A stretch of 56,670 bases of DNA, taken from NCBI GenBank assembly GCA_001275005.1, contig JWZX01003182.1:1-56670 (forward strand), in the 5' to 3' direction. Positions 55,701 to 56,670 of the stretch are shown piece by piece (within the stretch, counting starts at the first letter, position 1; every line of letters begins with the position of its first letter). Position numbers and translations under genes: made by a program. The notes under the pieces were generated by a model. That model made no database searches and was not told the origin of the DNA. It saw only the letters and a list, made by a program, of their open reading frames with translations. The stretch is from Chrysochromulina tobinii. Its lineage: Eukaryota.

Positions 55701-56529
55701 GGCTGCGGAGGAGGCAAGGGCGGCCGCTGTGGAGGTGAAGGCTGCGAGGAGAGCGCACGACGAGGAGCGCGCGGCTCAGTTGGCCGCCCAGGCAGCAACC
55801 CCCGCCCAGGCAGCAACCCCCTCCCAGGCAGCAACCCCCTCCCAGGCAGCAACCCCCTCCCAGGCAGCAACCCCCGCTCAGGCAGTAACCCCCGCCCTCG
55901 CTTTTGCCCGACCCCCATCATATGCCGCACAGGCGACCCCCGCTCAGGCAGCCGCCGAAGCACAAGAGCTGCGCCGCGACCCGCTTGAGCGCAGAGAGCC
56001 CATCGAGAGCAGAGAGCCTCGTGGGAGGCGCCCAAGCTCCGAATCAAGCTTCACAAGCGCGCAGAGCAGCCAGCGGTCGACAGCGGCCGCAGCATGGGCG
56101 GCCCACAGCGCGGCGGCGGAGGAGGCGAAGAAGGAGCTTGGGCGGGAGAAGCACGCGCGCAAAGTGCTCGATCTACTGCTCGAGGCGGAGCAACGGCTTG
56201 ATGCGAAGCGCCGTGACGAGCGCCTCGGTCTCGCCCTTGAGTCCAAGATTGGGAGGCTCGAGGATCGGCAGCGTGAGACGACTCGCCCGTACCTCGAGCC
56301 TGGCTTCCGCGGTGGCGTCATCAGTCTGGAGCTCCTCAAGGGGAACCTCAGGGGCTCTCCGCTTAGAGCCCCGCTGAGAGCAGCGCGACTGGTCTCGCCC
56401 CCTCGGCGGTCCACGCGCACACCCGGCACTGAAGCCACCACGCCGCCTGCGGTGCGTACCCCCGCTACCGGTACTTCGGGTGGCACCCCGCCCGCGCCCC
56501 GCTCAGCCGCTCGCCCCTTGTGGCGGTGA
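52729..56529 (+). CDS. Membrane-anchored AEKAA-repeat helical protein
   Basis: 1266-aa ATG ORF with two hydrophobic segments near aa 137-181, a coiled coil, a long (AEKAA)n tract and QAATP(S/A) repeats. Confidence 0.8.
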   Translation: MALAHEHDLSAVGLASTADSPSPDKLHVLEYVTDLSPIPEEQSTPVAIEFCRPTPQASPRPQPHASPAVSTGSSRSYTKVSLSPARGLLMEAHELKTKAAKKSLAPLLAVGDSLTPLPAVLSPVLTGDAVEPDNRRGILAVLSVGLVNTIITATLDNPVALLAVAVTLVAVAILYMTVFGWGAEWVAYAARSAQERHVLHQAIEASHARERTVADSYWQACLRLVQSEELIETMQAELTQVPQMRKELVSAAAKARVHAQRIEWLTSQLPRRLKHPMLQPASLALRSPSSGVTADGSTITEATVDDMGNVSAGTRSPAAAARAPPPSDRARTTQELPEWVAPFAVCFSFATGEEAAAEGQPAMESALAAEGARVATERARARVEGARAEVGAAPSESAQAEVEVSSPFRLDEFTDVHAESPFGTRSSAERVEMDDEGEVEAELRATMEEAARAEEAVRVAIEIASHVAAQKLMPKEVEKRMKQATAQLLAAAAKSAEKAAVEKAAVEKAAAEKAAVAKAAAEKAAGEKAAGEKAAAEKATAEKVEAEKVGSEKAAAEKAATEKAAVEKAAAEKAAVEKASDEKATAEKAAVEKVVAEKAAAEKVEAEKAAVEKAAAEKAAAEKAAAEKAAAEKAAAEKAAAEKAAVEKAAVEKETAEKVEAEKAAAEKAAAEKAAAEKATAEKAAAEKVVAEKAAAEKVEAEKAAAEKAAVEKAAAEKASAEKAAVEKETAEKVEAEKAAAEKAAAEKATAEKAAAEKETAEKETAEKVEAEKAAAEKAAAEKAAAEKATAEKAAAEKETAEKAAVEKAAGEKLAGEKATAEKAAAEKAAVEKAAAEKVVAEKAAAEKAAVEKAAVEKAAAEKVVAEKGAAEKETAEKAAVEKAAVEKAAAEKAAAEKAAAENEAVKVAEVARQAEDAKASAATAARASEVAWAAEAARTAIARAAKAEADLWAKAEAARKSEADLWGHLAASVPAAASIILTASLAYETRAAEEARAAAVEVKAARRAHDEERAAQLAAQAATPAQAATPSQAATPSQAATPSQAATPAQAVTPALAFARPPSYAAQATPAQAAAEAQELRRDPLERREPIESREPRGRRPSSESSFTSAQSSQRSTAAAAWAAHSAAAEEAKKELGREKHARKVLDLLLEAEQRLDAKRRDERLGLALESKIGRLEDRQRETTRPYLEPGFRGGVISLELLKGNLRGSPLRAPLRAARLVSPPRRSTRTPGTEATTPPAVRTPATGTSGGTPPAPRSAARPLWR
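54214..55437 (+). repeat. 15-nt coding tandem repeat (gccgagaaggcagcg; AEKAA), about 80 units
   Basis: Directly visible; ~1220 nt divided by 15. Confidence 0.97.
55789..55896 (+). repeat. 18-nt coding tandem repeat (caggcagcaaccccc(t/g)cc; QAATPS/A), 6 units
   Basis: Directly visible. Confidence 0.92.
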
Positions 56530-56670
56530 AACCGCAGCACAAGCGCCGCTGGTTTTAGACATCCCCATGTCTTGTTTGTCTTCTTGAAGAGCCAGTAGTT
56601 GACATGCTGTTGTACTAAGACGTACTGGTTTCACTGTTAGTATGCTCCACTGAGCTGTGCACTGGCGCCA

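Overview
Gene-dense, GC-rich eukaryotic nuclear DNA, not prokaryotic. It has GT-AG spliceosomal introns, one of them filled with 10-11-nt tandem repeats, plus a bipartite plastid-type targeting peptide and a protist-type STT3. A haptophyte or related microalga is my inference. About 20 protein genes are supportable. Readily assigned: STT3 oligosaccharyltransferase, dihydroxy-acid dehydratase, APE1/ExoIII endonuclease, D-2-hydroxyglutarate dehydrogenase, an EGLN-like and a second 2OG-Fe(II) oxygenase, a thioesterase, a CCCH zinc-finger protein and a PH-inositol 5-phosphatase. Unusual architectures: a ~3,100-aa PX-PH-cNMP-PH-gelsolin-glutaredoxin-like-PH-PH-coiled-coil protein, a 28-loop EF-hand protein with compressed spacing, a calpain-RCC1 fusion, a double-PDZ two-pore K+ channel, and a gene resembling an uncharacterised bacterial family. 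A RING-finger ORF missing from the ORF track runs off the left edge. Non-coding signals: two dispersed motifs, each in the same orientation upstream of two genes, two hairpin-rich elements that may be related, and a candidate Helitron 3' end. No rRNA, tRNA or CRISPR array was seen. All domain calls come from reading motifs by eye, with no database search.
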